Shown here: positions 8,224 to 17,264 of the stretch, piece after piece
Layout of the letters: every line of letters starts with the position of its first letter
Position numbering within the stretch: position 1 is the first letter of the stretch
NCBI GenBank assembly: GCA_045656245.1
Contig: JAZOQT010000067.1
Location: 17,609-81,608 of the forward strand
Direction: 5' to 3'
DNA length: 64,000 bases
Origin: Faecousia sp.
GTDB lineage: Bacteria; Bacillota; Clostridia; Oscillospirales; Oscillospiraceae
Notes under the pieces: generated by a model
The model's database searches: none
Told to the model about the DNA's origin: nothing
The model's input: the letters and a program-made list of their open reading frames with translations, nothing else
Made by a program: the position numbers and the translations under genes

Positions 8224-9969
8224 ATGGCTTTTGACGCATTTTATATGGCCTGCGTGGTGGAGGAGATTTGCGCGCTGGAGCAGCCCCGTGTGGAAAAAAT
8301 CCACCAGCCCGGCCGGGACACGGTAATTCTCCACCTGAAGCATAAGACGGGGCGGAGCAAGCTGCTGTTTGCAGCCAACCCTGCTGCCCCACGGCTGCAT
8401 TTGACACAGGCAAGCCCGGAAAATCCCGACCAGCCGCCCATGTTTTGTATGCTCCTGCGCAAGCATCTGTCCGGCGGAAGACTGACAAAGGTTTATCAGC
8501 TGCCCATGGAGCGGTGCGCGGTGTTCAGCTTTGCTTGCATAGACGAAATGGGCGACCAGGTGGAAAAGCGCCTGGTGGCGGAGCTGATGGGCAGAACCTG
8601 CAATTTGTACCTGATCAGCCCCGACGGGCGGATTCTGGACTGCCTGCGGCGCATGGGGCTGGATGAGGCCACCAAAAGACCGGCCCTGCCGGGTATGTAC
8701 TATCAATTCCCCCAGCCGGTGGAAAAGGAAAGCCCGCTGACGGCAGACTATCCGGGCCTGCTTTCCGGCCCTGGAGCGGACGTGCTGGCCGACCGGCTGA
8801 TGGACAACCTGGGAGGCATATCTCCTCTTATCTGCCGGGAGGCGGCGCTGTACGCCGCAGGAAGCACCGATGCAAGACTTTCTCAACAGGACACCCCGGC
8901 GGTGGCGGACAGGCTGGAGACCTTTTTCCGTGAGAACATGGAACACCCCAAGCCCTGTTATTATGCCACAGGCGACGGAACGCCCAAGCAATTCGCCTTT
9001 TGCCCCATTAACCAGTACGGTTCCTGGGAGGAAGCGGGGAGTTTTTCGGGGCTTTTGGATTTGTATTACGCCCAAAAAGACCGGCAAAATGCCCTGCGGC
9101 AAAAGGGGCAGGGACTGCGCAAAACTGTGCAGAATCTCTGCACCAGACTGAAAAAGAAGCTGGCAATTCAGGAAAAGGAACTGCTGGAAACCTACGACAG
9201 GGAGCGCCTGCGGCAGTTGGGGGACATTGTAACGGCCAATCTGCACCGGATTCAGAAGGGGCAAACCCTCTTGCAGGCGGAGGATTTTTATGACGAGGAA
9301 ATGAAGATTGTGGATATTCCCATTTCCCCGGTTTTGTCTCCCCAACAGAATGCCGCCAAGTTCTACAAGGACTATACCCGCATGAAAAACGCCCAGCGGG
9401 AGCTAACCAAGCAGCTTGCACTGGGCGGCGAGGAGCTTTCCTACCTGCAAAGCGTGCTGGAGGAGATGGACAGAGCCCAGTCGGAGCAGGAGTTGGAAGA
9501 AATCCGTCAGGAATTGCAGCAGGGCGGCTATGTAAAGGCGGACGCCGCCCGGAAGAAAATGAAAGCCGCCAAGACTGCGCCCATGCACTTTACCACCACT
9601 GACGGCTTTTCCGTCTACGTGGGCAGGAACAACCGGCAAAACGAGGAGCTAACCTTCAAAATGGCCCGGAAGGACGATGTTTGGCTCCACGCATCCAAGG
9701 TGCATGGCAGCCATGTCATCATTGCCAGCGGTGGACAAAGCCTGCCGGACGATACCGTTACCCAGGCGGCCCAGCTGGCGGCATATTACGCGGAAACCAA
9801 GGGCGGCCAGAACATTGCCGTGGACGTTACGCCCGTCAAGCAGGTGAAGAAAACCCCTGCAGGAAAGCCCGGCATGGTAATTTACCACAGCTACAAAACC
9901 GTGATTGTCAACCCCTATCCGGAAATTGTGGTAGACGAATTGAATGCAGAAAAGAAAAGCACCCCTTGA
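8224..9969 (+). CDS. rqcH: Ribosome quality control factor RqcH (NFACT/FbpA family)
   Basis: PPMFCMLLRKHL, ELMGR..N, coiled-coil with NAAKFYKDY, C-terminal VGRNNRQNEELT...WLHA..VHGSHV (NFACT-R). Confidence 0.9.
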   Translation: MAFDAFYMACVVEEICALEQPRVEKIHQPGRDTVILHLKHKTGRSKLLFAANPAAPRLHLTQASPENPDQPPMFCMLLRKHLSGGRLTKVYQLPMERCAVFSFACIDEMGDQVEKRLVAELMGRTCNLYLISPDGRILDCLRRMGLDEATKRPALPGMYYQFPQPVEKESPLTADYPGLLSGPGADVLADRLMDNLGGISPLICREAALYAAGSTDARLSQQDTPAVADRLETFFRENMEHPKPCYYATGDGTPKQFAFCPINQYGSWEEAGSFSGLLDLYYAQKDRQNALRQKGQGLRKTVQNLCTRLKKKLAIQEKELLETYDRERLRQLGDIVTANLHRIQKGQTLLQAEDFYDEEMKIVDIPISPVLSPQQNAAKFYKDYTRMKNAQRELTKQLALGGEELSYLQSVLEEMDRAQSEQELEEIRQELQQGGYVKADAARKKMKAAKTAPMHFTTTDGFSVYVGRNNRQNEELTFKMARKDDVWLHASKVHGSHVIIASGGQSLPDDTVTQAAQLAAYYAETKGGQNIAVDVTPVKQVKKTPAGKPGMVIYHSYKTVIVNPYPEIVVDELNAEKKSTP

Positions 9970-9982
9970 TGGGGTGCTTTTC
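9954..9982 (+). terminator. Terminator hairpin overlapping the rqcH stop
   Basis: GAAAAGCACCCC-ttgat-GGGGTGCTTTTC, a perfect 12-bp stem. Confidence 0.7.
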
Positions 9983-10037
9983 CTGTTGAGAAAGGTCTCG
10001 TTTTGTGATATACTGACGAAAAAAGGGGGGTAAGGCC

Positions 10038-10817
10038 ATGAAAAAGTGCTTGATAGGGATTCTGACTGCGGTGATGCTGTGGGGCTGCGCTGCCGTACCC
10101 CAGACACCGCCAAAGCCCACGCTGCCTCCCAGCCCCTATACGCCGCAGGACTATGTATACGAAGATGGGTATCTTACCTGCGCCGCAGGACAGACGGTTT
10201 TGGGCATTGATGTTTCTGTGCATCAGGGAGAAATCCACTGGCAGCAGGTGGCCGATGCAGGGATAGAATTTGTATTTGTGCGGCTGGGCAACCGGGGGTA
10301 CAAAAGCGGCAAATTGAGCGCCGACGAAAATGCTTTGAAGAATCTTGCCGGGGCGGCGCAGGCGGGACTTTTGGTAGGGGCGTACCTGTATTCCCAGGCA
10401 ACAAGCGTAGAGGAAGCCCGGGAGGAGGCGGATTTCGCCCTGAAGATTTTGGGGGATATCCGGCTGGACCTGCCGGTGGTATTTGACTGGGAATATGTCA
10501 GCCCGGAAGCCCGTACAGCCAATGTAGATGCCAGGACACTGACGGACGCCACGGCGGCCTTCTGTCAAAAAGTGGAGGCTGCAGGGTATGAAAGCATGGT
10601 GTATTTCAATGCCTCCCAGGGGAGGGATTTGCTGTACTTACAAGAGCTTACCCAGTACCACTGGTGGCTGGCTATGTACGATATCGGCACGGAGTTTCCC
10701 TGCAAGGTGGATATGTGGCAGTATACCAACACAGGCAGTGTGCCGGGAATTTCCGGAAATGTGGACATCAATCTGCTGTTTGGCGATTGGGGACTGGGCA
10801 AGGAGCTGCTGTATTAA
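10038..10817 (+). CDS. GH25 muramidase lipoprotein
   Basis: Lipobox LWGC; GIDVS..QG.I.W, PVVFDWE (DxE), WQYTNTG.VPGISGNVDIN. Confidence 0.88.
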   Translation: MKKCLIGILTAVMLWGCAAVPQTPPKPTLPPSPYTPQDYVYEDGYLTCAAGQTVLGIDVSVHQGEIHWQQVADAGIEFVFVRLGNRGYKSGKLSADENALKNLAGAAQAGLLVGAYLYSQATSVEEAREEADFALKILGDIRLDLPVVFDWEYVSPEARTANVDARTLTDATAAFCQKVEAAGYESMVYFNASQGRDLLYLQELTQYHWWLAMYDIGTEFPCKVDMWQYTNTGSVPGISGNVDINLLFGDWGLGKELLY

Positions 10818-10893
10818 AAAAGTAAAATTTTTCCTTCGTTCATGCCAGGTTCACAACTGTATGCTACGGTGAAAAGAAAAGGGGAAATCGAAG

Positions 10894-11721
10894 ATGTTTG
10901 GCTATGTAACCGCAAACCTGCAGGAACTGACAAAATCCCAAAAGCAGCGTTATAATGCGGTGTATTGCGGCATTTGCCGGAAGATTCGACAGCAGTCCGG
11001 TCAGCTTTCCCGGCTGGGCCTGAGCTACGACATGGCGTTTCTGGCCCTTCTGCTGATGAGCCTTTACGAGCCGGAGGAGCAATCCGGCGACCACGCCTGT
11101 ATGCTCCACCCCATTGGGAAAAAGGTGTGGGTGGACAATCCTTACATCAGCTACGCCGCGGATATGAACGTGGCGCTGGCTTACTACAATGCCCTGGACG
11201 ACTGGCAGGACGACAAAAAGCTTTCCGCCGGGGTAAAAATGGGTGTTTTCGGGAAGAATTATGAGCAGATTTCTCAGCGGTTTCCCCGGCAGTGCCAGGC
11301 CATTTCCCGGTGTATTCATCAGCTCAATGCCCTGGAAAAGGAAAATTGCGACAACATTGATGCCGTTGCCAACTGCTTTGGTGAGCTGATGGGAGAGCTG
11401 TTGGTATACCATCAGGATATGTGGGAACCCACCCTGCGGCAGTTGGGCATGGCCCTGGGCAGATATATCTACCTTGCGGATGCCGCGTTGGATTACCGAA
11501 GGGATAAGCGTAAGGGTAAATACAATCCCTACCTTGCTGCAGGACAGACAGAGGATTGGGCACGCTGGCAGGAGTATTTGGTGCTTGCCATGGGCAAGTG
11601 CGCCGAAGCCTTTGAAAAGCTGCCCCTGGTGCAGGATAAGGACATTCTGGATAATATTCTGTACAGCGGCGTATGGTGCTGTTTCCGCACAAAAAAAGAA
11701 GAACAGGAGGACGGGCAATGA
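10894..11721 (+). CDS. DUF5685-like protein with isoprenoid-synthase-type Asp motifs
   Basis: [42 protein letters not shown]...D..KGKYNP. Confidence 0.75.
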   Translation: MFGYVTANLQELTKSQKQRYNAVYCGICRKIRQQSGQLSRLGLSYDMAFLALLLMSLYEPEEQSGDHACMLHPIGKKVWVDNPYISYAADMNVALAYYNALDDWQDDKKLSAGVKMGVFGKNYEQISQRFPRQCQAISRCIHQLNALEKENCDNIDAVANCFGELMGELLVYHQDMWEPTLRQLGMALGRYIYLADAALDYRRDKRKGKYNPYLAAGQTEDWARWQEYLVLAMGKCAEAFEKLPLVQDKDILDNILYSGVWCCFRTKKEEQEDGQ

Positions 11722-12350
11722 TAGACGATCCCTATAAGGTTCTGGGCGTCGGCCCCAACGCGACCGATGCCGAAATCAAGCAGGCCTATCGCCGACTGGC
11801 AAAAAAATATCATCCCGACCTGAACCCGGGGGACGAGGCGGCGGCCCAAAAAATGCAGGAGGTCAATGCTGCCTACGATCAGCTCACAAATCCGGAAAAA
11901 TCCGCCAATCAGGGCAGCGGTTATGGTGGCTACGGCGGCTATGGCTACAACCCCTACGGGGGCTATCAGCAAAGCGGCTACGAACGTTCCCAGGGCGACC
12001 AATACCAGCAGTCCGCCTACCAGTATATCCGGTTTGGACGCTACAGGGAGGCCCTGAACAGCCTCGCCAATTCCTCCCAGCGCAATGCCCGGTGGTATTA
12101 TTTAAGCGCCCTGGCCAACGACGGACTGGGCAATCAGGTTACCGCGCTGGAGCATATCCGCCGGGCGGTGAGCATGGAGCCGGACAACATGGTGTATCTG
12201 CAGACACTGGAGCAAATTCAAAACGGCGGCGCAGCCTACCGCCGGCAGAGCGGACCTTCCGGAGGCTTTTCCATTCACGGAAGTCCCTGCACAGGCCTTC
12301 TGCTGTGCTGGATTATGAACTTCTGCTGTCGCTCCCGTTTGTGCTGTTGA
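11718..12350 (+). CDS. J-domain co-chaperone with G/Y-rich linker, TPR-like region and Cys-rich C-terminus
   Basis: DPYKVLGV...[11 protein letters not shown]...EVNAAYD; TPR-like ARWYYLSA...[12 protein letters not shown]; ends [20 protein letters not shown]; ATGA overlap with the upstream gene. Confidence 0.88.
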   Translation: MIDDPYKVLGVGPNATDAEIKQAYRRLAKKYHPDLNPGDEAAAQKMQEVNAAYDQLTNPEKSANQGSGYGGYGGYGYNPYGGYQQSGYERSQGDQYQQSAYQYIRFGRYREALNSLANSSQRNARWYYLSALANDGLGNQVTALEHIRRAVSMEPDNMVYLQTLEQIQNGGAAYRRQSGPSGGFSIHGSPCTGLLLCWIMNFCCRSRLCC

Positions 12351-12375
12351 CAGGGAACTTGGAACGTGGTATAAT
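12347..12375 (+). promoter_or_regulatory. SigA promoter of the B12 riboswitch operon
   Basis: Perfect TTGACA-17 nt-TATAAT with an extended -10 TG. Confidence 0.88.
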
Positions 12376-12395
12376 CACAACGACAATTTGATAAG

Positions 12396-12592
12396 CCATT
12401 GCGTGGCAGCCGGGGCGAAAACCTCGCGCTGCTGAACAAGACAACCGGGTGAGATTCCCGGACGGTACCGCCGCTGTATGTGTCAGGCCCTCTCTTTGAC
12501 GAAAGTCAGCCACTGGTTTTTCCGGGAAGGCAGAGAGTAGCCGCAGATGTTCCCAGCATCGAAAAGCACGAGTCAGAAGACCTACGCCATGG
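12396..12592 (+). ncRNA. Cobalamin riboswitch
   Basis: Conserved blocks CCGGGTGAGATTCCCGG, CCGCCGCTGTA, GCCACTG...GGGAAGG and B12 box GAGTCAGAAGACCT; P1 CCATTGCGTGG/CTACGCCATGG; upstream of ECF-type genes. Confidence 0.92.
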
Positions 12593-12696
12593 ATTTTCCC
12601 CTTCCTTGCGGATTCACGAGGAAGTGCGTTTGTCGCAGAAAAACGGCTGCGGCACCCATTTTGGGTGCCGAAGTATTCTATTTTCAGGAGGGAATT

Positions 12697-13095
12697 ATGA
12701 TGTTCAACAAAAAGAATGTACGGATTGGGGTCGCATTGCTGCTGGTTATTTGCACATTGCTGTGGGGCTGCGCTGTCCAACCACAGCAGACCCCGGGAGA
12801 TACCCAGCAGAGCAAGACCTTCACCGTTACCGTGGTGCATAAGAACAAGACGGAAAATGCCTTTACCTACACCACTACGGAAACTTATCTGGGCGCCGCT
12901 CTGGTAAAGGAAGGCTTGGTTGTGGAGTCGTCAAGCCCCGGTTTATACAACATCGTGGACGGCGAAACCGCGGACTGGAGTGTGGACCAGAGCTACTGGT
13001 GCTTCTACATTGGTGAGGATATGGCCATGGAGGGCATGAACACCACGGAAATTCACAACGGAGACAGCTTTAAGCTGGTATATACCATTGGATAA
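12697..13095 (+). CDS. DUF4430-like lipoprotein (putative B12-binding protein)
   Basis: Lipobox LWGC; VDGETAD...YWCFYI..GM..I.NGDSFKLVY resembles the transcobalamin beta-like DUF4430 domain; under a B12 riboswitch. Confidence 0.75.
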   Translation: MMFNKKNVRIGVALLLVICTLLWGCAVQPQQTPGDTQQSKTFTVTVVHKNKTENAFTYTTTETYLGAALVKEGLVVESSSPGLYNIVDGETADWSVDQSYWCFYIGEDMAMEGMNTTEIHNGDSFKLVYTIG

Positions 13096-13603
13096 GCAAA
13101 AGGGCAAGCTTGCCATATTTGACGTTGTCCTGTTCGGCGTACTGGGAGCGCTGACCTTTGCGGCAAAATACGTCATGAGTCCTCTGCCCAACATTGAGCC
13201 GGTGAGCCTGATGGTGATGCTGTTTGCCACCGTGTTCGGCAGAAAGTGGGTGTACCCCGTGTACCTGTACATTCTGCTGGAGGTGCTGACCTTCGGTATC
13301 AGCCTTTGGAATGTGTACTATTTGTACGTCTGGGCGGTGCTGGGTATCGCGGCGTATCTGCTGCGGCGGCTGCAAAGCCCGTGGTTTTGGGCGGTGCTGT
13401 CCGGTGGCTTCGGCCTGCTGTTTGGGGCGCTGTGCGGCATTACGGATATTTTCATCGGGGGCTTCGGCTATGCCGCGGCGAAATGGGTATCGGGTATTTC
13501 CTTTGACCTGCTTCACTGCGCCGGAAACTTCGTGATAGCCCTGGTGCTGTTTGTGCCGCTTCGAAATTTGCTGACAAAGCTGTATACAAAAATCCGACAA
13601 TAA
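13088..13603 (+). CDS. ECF transporter S component, CbrT-like (cobalamin)
   Basis: Highly hydrophobic 171 aa; LPNIEPVS, G.SFDLLHCAGNF; under a B12 riboswitch. Confidence 0.8.
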   Translation: MDKQKGKLAIFDVVLFGVLGALTFAAKYVMSPLPNIEPVSLMVMLFATVFGRKWVYPVYLYILLEVLTFGISLWNVYYLYVWAVLGIAAYLLRRLQSPWFWAVLSGGFGLLFGALCGITDIFIGGFGYAAAKWVSGISFDLLHCAGNFVIALVLFVPLRNLLTKLYTKIRQ

Positions 13604-13604
13604 G

Positions 13605-13635
13605 AAAATGAGGGAAGCAAAGCTTCCCTCATTTT
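13605..13635. terminator. Bidirectional terminator
   Basis: AAAATGAGGGAAGC-aaa-GCTTCCCTCATTTT between convergent genes. Confidence 0.8.
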
Positions 13636-13874
13636 TATATTTCCCGATACATGGTGCCGGAATCGTCTTTGCGGACGGTTTCCGCCACCAGCAAAACCTC
13701 CACGGAGACGCTGCGCGGACCCATGGTGATTTCAATTTTGTCTCCCACCTTCACATCATAGCTTGCCTTCACCACTCTGCCGTTGACGCTGATGCGACCG
13801 TTATCGCAGGCTTCGTTGGCAACGGTGCGGCGTTTAATCAGACGGGAAACCTTCAGGTATTTGTCAAGACGCAT
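13635..13874 (-). CDS. rqcP: S4-domain RNA-binding protein YabO/RqcP
   Basis: MRLDKYLKVSRLIKRRTVANEACDNGRI; 79 aa. Confidence 0.88.
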   Translation of the reverse strand: MRLDKYLKVSRLIKRRTVANEACDNGRISVNGRVVKASYDVKVGDKIEITMGPRSVSVEVLLVAETVRKDDSGTMYREI

Positions 13875-13877
13875 GAA

Positions 13878-14153
13878 TTACTTGTTGACAATATCCTTCA
13901 GGCACTTGCTTGCCTTGAAAACGGGAACGGTAGCAGCGGGGATCTTGATGGCCTGGTTGGTGTGGGGGTTACGGCCGGTGCGGGCTTCCCGCTTCTTGGT
14001 CTCGAAGATGCCCAAGCCGGACAGCTGGATGCGGTCGCCGGCGGCCATAGCGTTGGCAATGGTCTCCACAGTGGCGTTCAGCACGCGCTCGGCGTCCTTC
14101 TTGGTAATGCCGGATTTTTCAGCAATGGCGGAAATCAGTTCGGTCTTGTTCAT
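13878..14153 (-). CDS. hup: DNA-binding protein HU
   Basis: MNKTELISAIAEKSG...REARTGRNPHT...PVFKASK. Confidence 0.95.
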   Translation of the reverse strand: MNKTELISAIAEKSGITKKDAERVLNATVETIANAMAAGDRIQLSGLGIFETKKREARTGRNPHTNQAIKIPAATVPVFKASKCLKDIVNK

Positions 14154-14228
14154 AATGGAATCTCCTTTTCTTTGTTATATAAGAACAATATAAAATTATC
14201 ATAATTCTTTGGAAAAAGCAAGAATTAT

Positions 14229-15923
14229 TTACAAATGCAGCAAATTCGCAATTTTTTCACCCTTGGGCAGCAACAGGCAGTCCTCCCGGGTGATGGCGCG
14301 AAGCTTCAAGGCGGCGGCAAAGTAAACCAAAACCCCAAGGAAAATCGGCACACCACAGCCAACCAAGGTGGCAAGACGGCCGGAATTGTCCCCGAACAGA
14401 TGGGTAATGCCAAGCCATGCGAAGAATACCACCACGCCCATAATCAGGGCGGCCAGAAGGGACTTTGCCATGTTTTTCAGTACATTGGGGGCTTGGGGCA
14501 GCACCCTGTGAATGGAGATGAGGTTCAGCACTGCAATGCTGAGATAGCACAGCAGGGAGCCGATGGGCGTACCCAAAATGCCAATATGGGGATTGCCTGT
14601 CAGGACAAACACCGCCACCAGCTTGAGGATGCCGCCGATGAACATATTGATTACCGGCAGGTTTACATGGCCGTGGGCCTGCATAATGGCAGTGGTCAGA
14701 AGCACAGCCCCGTTGAACACAATGCAAATGCCCATCACGGTCATAAGCTGGGTGGAAAGCTCCAGCTTCAGGCCGGTATAGCCGCCCAGCAGAGCGGTAA
14801 CCGGCTGGGCCAGCACCGCAAGGCCCACAGCGCAGGGCGCGCTGATCAGACCGGCTACCCGGGCGGCAGATTCGCCCGTGGCCTTGGCGGCGGCAGGGTT
14901 GTTCTGGGCCAGCTGGGCGGTGATGGCGGGAATGACGCTGATGGTAATGGGGGTAATGAATGCGCAGGGCATGTTAAAAATGGTTTGCGTCATGTTGTAG
15001 ATGCCCTTTTGGGTATCGATGATATACTGAATGGCCGTATCCCGGGAAGCTGCCAAAACATCGCCCTTATACTGGTAAGCAGTGAGCAGCGCCTGGAGCT
15101 GTTGGGTGTCTATATTGGCGGCGAAGGAGCTTTTCAACTGACTCATGTAGATTTTGGTTTCCAGCACGGTCAGCAGCTGCAGGCCGGCAGAGCCGATGGT
15201 GATGGGAATGGCAATGGCCAGCAATCCCGTGGCGATGGACTTGCCGGTGCCCGGAGTGTCCGGGGTAACGGGCAGGTTTTTATATGCTTTGGCAAAGCAC
15301 CGGTTGAGATAAATGGAGGATACCAGACAGCTCATGGTAACGCCGAAGATTGCGCCGCCTGCTGCCAGAGATATACTGTCCAAATAAAACAAAATCAAAC
15401 CGGCCGCGGCAATGCCCACCACCAGCTTCACCACAGCCTCCAGCACCTGACTGACGGAGGTGGGGAGCATATTGCTCTGCCCCTGGAAGAAGCCCCGGTA
15501 GGTGCTCATCAGGCAAATCAGAAAACAGCAGGGACCCAGCGCGCCAATGGCTGCCCAGGCATCGGGCTGCTCCTGGAAGGTGGCAAGCTGACGGCAAAAC
15601 AGCGTCATTAGCAGCGCGCCAATCAGTCCCAGGGTGAGGAAAATGGTACGGGAGACGGTGTAAATTTTACGCACCTGCCGGTAGTTTCCAAGGCTGCTGG
15701 CCTGGGAAATCATGCGGCTCATGGCCACAGGCAGTCCGGCTGTGGAAATCATCAAAAGCACGGTGTAAATCTCATAGGCGGTGGAGTAATAGCCGAAGCC
15801 CTGTTCGCCAATGATGGCGTTGAGGGGGATTTTATACAGCGCGCCGATGACCTTGACAATGGCGGTGGCCATGGCAAGAAGCATGGTGCCGTGGAGAAAG
15901 GATTGCTTTTTCGGTTCAGACAT
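14229..15923 (-). CDS. MOP-superfamily flippase (YabM/SpoVB/MurJ-like)
   Basis: FLHGTMLL...KVIGALYKIPL, GLPVAMSRMIS, RGFFQG, SQVLE; many TM helices. Confidence 0.85.
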   Translation of the reverse strand: MSEPKKQSFLHGTMLLAMATAIVKVIGALYKIPLNAIIGEQGFGYYSTAYEIYTVLLMISTAGLPVAMSRMISQASSLGNYRQVRKIYTVSRTIFLTLGLIGALLMTLFCRQLATFQEQPDAWAAIGALGPCCFLICLMSTYRGFFQGQSNMLPTSVSQVLEAVVKLVVGIAAAGLILFYLDSISLAAGGAIFGVTMSCLVSSIYLNRCFAKAYKNLPVTPDTPGTGKSIATGLLAIAIPITIGSAGLQLLTVLETKIYMSQLKSSFAANIDTQQLQALLTAYQYKGDVLAASRDTAIQYIIDTQKGIYNMTQTIFNMPCAFITPITISVIPAITAQLAQNNPAAAKATGESAARVAGLISAPCAVGLAVLAQPVTALLGGYTGLKLELSTQLMTVMGICIVFNGAVLLTTAIMQAHGHVNLPVINMFIGGILKLVAVFVLTGNPHIGILGTPIGSLLCYLSIAVLNLISIHRVLPQAPNVLKNMAKSLLAALIMGVVVFFAWLGITHLFGDNSGRLATLVGCGVPIFLGVLVYFAAALKLRAITREDCLLLPKGEKIANLLHL

Positions 15924-15933
15924 GGCGCGCTCC

Positions 15934-17238
15934 TTACTGGGCAAAAACCCGGGGTATGACGTAGTTTGTCAGTTCTTCCACCAGGGCATTCAGGTCAATG
16001 GTGGGGAACTGGCCGTTCTGGTAGAGAATTTTGCCTCGGACCATGGTCATGGCCACATCGCCGCCCTTGGCGCTGTAAACCAGACTGTTTAGCACATTGT
16101 GGCTGGGGATCAGATGGGGGGCGGAGAAATCCACCAGGCACAAATCCGCATCGAAGCCCACCTTCAACATACCGCAGGTATCGGCTCTGCCCTGGGCTTT
16201 TGCGCCGCAGGCGGTAGCCATCATCAGTACTGCGGAAGCGGGAAGCACCGGGCTGTTTGCGTCCCGGGCGGTTAAGGCAGCGGCGCGCATGGTTTCGAAC
16301 ATATCCAGATTGCCCGCATCGTAAATGCCCCCTGTGCCAAGAGAAACGTTCATGCCTGCCTGAACGCAGGAAACGATGTTTGTATGGCTGCAGCCGTTTT
16401 TCATGGCGGCTACGGGGCAGGCAACGGCGGTAACCTTTTTGCTTCCCAGCAGTTTCCGGTCCTCATCGGTTAGAGTGTTACACCCGGCGGCGGTAACGCT
16501 GCCCAGGAATACTCTGTGGCAATCCAGCAGCTGGGCAGGCGTTAAGCCGGTGCGGTCCAGACAGGATTCCACCTCTCCGGGATACCGGGCAAGGTGCAGC
16601 TGGAAGCCCAGCTTTTCCTGGGAGGCATAACCCGCCAGCGCCTCCCACAGCTTATAGTTGCTGGTGTATTCGCTGTCAATGCCCACGTCAATGCGGATAC
16701 GCCCGTTGTCGTAGCCGTTCCATTTTTCTGCAACCCGACGGATTTCCCGGCACTGCTCGTCGGTTTCAAAGTCAAAATCCTCGCTCTCGTCGGTGTAGCG
16801 GTAGCTGGACAGGGCGATGTTGGCCTTAATGCCGGCATCCGCGGCGGCCTGGGCGGTGGCATCGGGATAGTAATACAAATCGGAAACAGAGGTTACGCCA
16901 AAGCGCAACGATTCTGCGATGGCCAGCCCTGCAGCGGCTTTTGCGCTGCGGTTATCCAGTTTGTCCTCCTTTTTCAGAGCCTCCTCCAGAGCCTGCAGGC
17001 GGGGCAAATCGTCCAGATATCCCCGCAGAGCGGTGGTGGCCAGGTGGGTGTGGCAGTTAATCAGACCGGGAAGCACTACCATGCCGGTGCCGTCAATGAT
17101 TTTGGCAGGCTGCTCCTTGGGCGCGGTTTTGCCGAGATAAGTAATTTTTTCGCCGGTGATGCCCAAATAAGCGCCCAGCAGCACGTCCATGCTCTCGTTC
17201 ATGGTTACGACTGTGGCGTTGGAAATTAAAATGTCCAA
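15934..17238 (-). CDS. Amidohydrolase family protein (MtaD-like) with a degenerate active site
   Basis: PGLINCHTH present and overall MtaD-like layout, but HLARY, AAGC and LGTGG replace the usual HxxE, AHC and LGTDG; TTG start. Confidence 0.8.
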   Translation of the reverse strand: MDILISNATVVTMNESMDVLLGAYLGITGEKITYLGKTAPKEQPAKIIDGTGMVVLPGLINCHTHLATTALRGYLDDLPRLQALEEALKKEDKLDNRSAKAAAGLAIAESLRFGVTSVSDLYYYPDATAQAAADAGIKANIALSSYRYTDESEDFDFETDEQCREIRRVAEKWNGYDNGRIRIDVGIDSEYTSNYKLWEALAGYASQEKLGFQLHLARYPGEVESCLDRTGLTPAQLLDCHRVFLGSVTAAGCNTLTDEDRKLLGSKKVTAVACPVAAMKNGCSHTNIVSCVQAGMNVSLGTGGIYDAGNLDMFETMRAAALTARDANSPVLPASAVLMMATACGAKAQGRADTCGMLKVGFDADLCLVDFSAPHLIPSHNVLNSLVYSAKGGDVAMTMVRGKILYQNGQFPTIDLNALVEELTNYVIPRVFAQ

Positions 17239-17264
17239 ATAAACACTTCCTTTGTTTCAGGGAA

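Noticed and set aside
10038-10817. GH25 muramidase as a prophage endolysin
   Set aside because: It has a lipoprotein signal and no holin or phage neighbours, so it is more likely a host autolysin.
11915-11985. Short GGCTAC/GGCTAT tandem repeats
   Set aside because: They encode the G/Y-rich linker of the J-domain protein; not a CRISPR or VNTR.
10075-12775. Identical 18-mer TGCTGTGGGGCTGCGCTG at 10075-10092 and 12758-12775
   Set aside because: Both copies encode the LWGCA lipobox of unrelated lipoproteins; convergent coding explains it without a repeat element.
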